Assembly: GCA_965223795.1 (NCBI GenBank)
Contig: CBDCXL010000002.1
Location: 864,001 to 928,000, forward strand
Direction: 5' to 3'
Length of the DNA stretch: 64,000 bases
Origin: Nitrospinales bacterium
Lineage (GTDB): Bacteria; Nitrospinota; Nitrospinia; Nitrospinales; VA-1
Every line of letters starts with the position of its first letter. Within the stretch, counting starts at the first letter, position 1. The notes under the pieces are model-generated. The model did not search any database and was not told the origin of the DNA. It worked only from the letters and a program-made list of their open reading frames with translations. The position numbers and the translations under genes were made by a program. Positions 61,489 through 64,000 of this stretch are shown here, one piece after another.

Positions 61489-63165
61489 TCAGGCGGTCTG
61501 CGGTTCGTGCCGGGAGTCCGCCGCCTGCCGGGACAGCAGTCTGCGGGTCATCGCCAGGCGCTGATGGTCCTCGAGCTTGAGGAACAGTTTCTCGGCCTTG
61601 CGCAGGTGCGCGTGGGCCTTGTCCGTCTCGCCCAGTTTTTCCAGGTACAGGCTGCCCAGCAGAAAATGCGCGTCGGCGAAATCCGGCTTGGCCTGGACCA
61701 CCGTCTGGAACACATCGCAGGCATCGTCGTAGCGCGACAGGTCGGTGAGGGCGAGGGCGTAATAAAACTGCACGTGCACCGGATCGGGATTGATGCGGAC
61801 GGCGTGCTTGAGATAGCGGACCGCTTCCTCGCTCTGGCCGGTGACGCGGTGCGCCACGCCGAGGTAATAATAGACGCTGGCTTCTTCCGGGGCATGCGCC
61901 AGCGCCTGGTTGAGCACTTCTATTGCTTCGGTGAACTGCTGCTGCTTGATGTAGGACGCCCCCAGGGCGATGTGCGCGTGGTGGTAGTCCGGCTTGACGC
62001 GGATCACCCGCTTGAGCGCCGAGACCGCTTTGCCGATGTCGCCGCCGCCGGTGTCTTCCAGACTGCCGTAAGCGATGCCCAGATTATAAAGCGCGTCCAC
62101 GAAATCCGGCCGGATGTGGATGGCCATCCTGTAGGCGTCGATGGCTCCCTGGCAGCTTCCCAACTGCTGCAGGCGGAGCCCTTCCTTGAGCCACTCGTCG
62201 GCGGCGCGGCCGGGATCGGCGACGGTCTCCGAGGGACGGCACTGCTGATGCACCAGCGTGGCGCGCTGCAGCTCGCCCTGCGCCGAGAACAGCTGCTCCG
62301 CCTTTTCCAGGTATTTCTGCGCCCGCTTGGGGTTTCTCAAGCGCTTGATGTGGATCGCGCCGAGCTGGTACACCGCTTCGGCGAATTCGGGCATCAGCCG
62401 GGCGGCTTTTTTGAACGCGTGCCGGGCCGGGATGTGCAGGCTGAATTCGAGGTAGGCCATGCCGAGCCAGTAGGAGGCGTGCGCCAGGGTGCGGGACGGA
62501 TCGGACGCGGCGCCGGCGGATTTTTTAATGCATCCCAGCCGCTCGTTGAGAAAGTCCATCCAGAATTCGGCCACGGCGAAATCGGGGATCATGGGAACGA
62601 TGCGCTTGAACTCGGCGAAGGCTTTTTTCTCCTTGCCCTGCTGCCAGTAGGCGCGGGCCAGGTCGAGATACACCTGCGGGTAGTTGGGGTTGAGCTTGGC
62701 GGCTTTCTTGTAGCAGTCGATTTCCTGTTTGAGGCGGTCCGTACCGCTAAGGCAGAGACCCATCAGGTGCTGCGCGGGGTAGGCGCCGGGATCCTCCTCG
62801 ATCGCGGTTTCGAGGCTCTGCACCGCTTCTTCGTGACGCCGGTTCAGCAGGTGCTCCACCGCCTGCTCAAATGCCTCGAGGTCTTTCCAGGCGAACGGCA
62901 GCACGTCGTGCAGAACCTGGGTGATTTTTTCGGCGGACGATTCGGGCGCGTGCAGGGCGTCCACCCGCTTCATCATGTCCGGGTCTTTTTCGCGCAGCGC
63001 GTCCCCCAGCTCGGACAACGTGATCGCGCCCGAACGGGGATGCTCCCCCTTTTTTTCCTTGTGCGATTTTTTCTTCACAGCGCTCGGTTCTGGGTGCGTG
63101 ATGTTCTGATTATAGAGGTTTGAACCGGGGAATGAAAGGCGGGGCGTTCCACAGGCCGCGGTCAC
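61489..63165 (-). CDS. Tetratricopeptide repeat protein (start uncertain, may lie further in)
   Basis: Multiple TPR units (PDFVDALYNLG, PDYHHAHIALG, PDFADAHFLLG). Confidence 0.88.
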   Translation of the reverse strand: MTAACGTPRLSFPGSNLYNQNITHPEPSAVKKKSHKEKKGEHPRSGAITLSELGDALREKDPDMMKRVDALHAPESSAEKITQVLHDVLPFAWKDLEAFEQAVEHLLNRRHEEAVQSLETAIEEDPGAYPAQHLMGLCLSGTDRLKQEIDCYKKAAKLNPNYPQVYLDLARAYWQQGKEKKAFAEFKRIVPMIPDFAVAEFWMDFLNERLGCIKKSAGAASDPSRTLAHASYWLGMAYLEFSLHIPARHAFKKAARLMPEFAEAVYQLGAIHIKRLRNPKRAQKYLEKAEQLFSAQGELQRATLVHQQCRPSETVADPGRAADEWLKEGLRLQQLGSCQGAIDAYRMAIHIRPDFVDALYNLGIAYGSLEDTGGGDIGKAVSALKRVIRVKPDYHHAHIALGASYIKQQQFTEAIEVLNQALAHAPEEASVYYYLGVAHRVTGQSEEAVRYLKHAVRINPDPVHVQFYYALALTDLSRYDDACDVFQTVVQAKPDFADAHFLLGSLYLEKLGETDKAHAHLRKAEKLFLKLEDHQRLAMTRRLLSRQAADSRHEPQTA

Positions 63166-63932
63166 GCTTCCGGTTCGCGACTCAGATAATTTTTCGTTTC
63201 CGGGGTGCGCGGATTGTCAAAGAAACCGGGGTTTTTCCCGCACTCGTGAAACGTGCCCCGGTGCAGAAAGATCACGTCGTCGCACACCCTTCGGGCCTGC
63301 GGGATGTTGTGGGTGACGAGCAGCACGGTGTGGCGCGACTTCAGCGAGAGGATGAGATCCTCGATGGCGGCGCTGGAATGCGGGTCCAGCGAGGCGGTGG
63401 GTTCGTCCATCAACAGGACCGCGGGCTCGACGGCGAGGGCGCGGGCGATGGCCAGCCGCTGCTGCTGGCCCTGCGACAGCGTGGGCGCGGGTTTGTGCAG
63501 CCGGTCTTTCACTTCCTCCCACAAAAACACGCGGCGCAGGGTTTCCTCGGCAAGCTGTTCGTGCTGGTGTTTGCGTTCGGGAAACAGGTGGCGCACGCCG
63601 AACAGCACGTTTTCGCGGACGCTCACCGGGAACACGCAGGGCGTCTGAAACACCATGCCGACGCGGCGCCGCAGGTGATAGACGTCGCGGCCGCCGCCGC
63701 GGTAAATGTCGGCGCCGTCCACACGAACCTCGCCTTCAACGTGAAAGCCGTCCGTGCGGTCGTGCAGGCGGCTCAGGGTGCGCAGGAGCGTGGTTTTGCC
63801 GCTGCCGGAAGGGCCGAGCACGCCGGTGATGCGATGGCGGTCCACAACGCCTGTCAGCGCGTCGAGAACGGGCTTGCCGTTGAAAGAAATGCGGGTGTCC
63901 TTCCACTCGATGGCGGGCGTCCCGGCTTTCAT
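63162..63932 (-). CDS. pstB: Phosphate ABC transporter ATPase
   Basis: GPSGSGKT, LRRRVGMVFQ, LSQGQQQR, LMDEPTASLDP, VTHN, FFDNP. Confidence 0.85.
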   Translation of the reverse strand: MKAGTPAIEWKDTRISFNGKPVLDALTGVVDRHRITGVLGPSGSGKTTLLRTLSRLHDRTDGFHVEGEVRVDGADIYRGGGRDVYHLRRRVGMVFQTPCVFPVSVRENVLFGVRHLFPERKHQHEQLAEETLRRVFLWEEVKDRLHKPAPTLSQGQQQRLAIARALAVEPAVLLMDEPTASLDPHSSAAIEDLILSLKSRHTVLLVTHNIPQARRVCDDVIFLHRGTFHECGKNPGFFDNPRTPETKNYLSREPEA

Positions 63933-64000
63933 GATTCGGACTCCATGCGCATGCGGCCGCGGCAGATCAGCGCGCCGCCGGTCAAAAGCAGCACCAGGGT
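63929..64000 (-). CDS. 3' end of a probable phosphate ABC permease (partial, runs off the window)
   Basis: ..TLVLLLTGGALICRGRMRMESES*; stop overlaps the pstB start. Confidence 0.55.
   Translation of the reverse strand, partial: TLVLLLTGGALICRGRMRMESES

Overview
Bacterial chromosomal window, mostly GC-rich, with an AT-rich segment at about 1-9790. The gene content resembles a Gram-negative chemolithotroph such as Nitrospinota, but that is an inference I cannot confirm. From left to right it holds: an AT-rich radical-SAM / GT-C glycosylation island, two flippases and a GT4; a GGDEF gene; an orphan phage-type replication-initiator-like gene with a C-terminal DnaA-domain-I-like region; a decayed DUF2231-like gene; pqiAABC; Lhr helicase; htpX; accessory membrane genes; an NhaR-like LysR gene divergent from a tandemly duplicated pair of tiny membrane-peptide genes; an integrase remnant abutting tRNA-Glu and tRNA-Lys; ilvE; an NtrB/NtrC-like pair; an active plus an apparently catalytically dead M14 peptidase; a tetraheme cytochrome c with a structured leader; a NarX/NarL-type two-component pair; a tRNA methyltransferase followed by a single-ORF MiaA - membrane segment - TPR/Slt lytic transglycosylase fusion; an ArsR / ECF sigma / anti-sigma / ArsM / Mo-oxidoreductase module; gnd-zwf-pgl; TPR genes; and pstB. 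Two copies of a 128-bp MITE-like element are present. The best novelty candidates are the MiaA-Slt fusion, the duplicated small-peptide operon and the orphan initiator. All family assignments come from motif recognition by eye, with no database searches.
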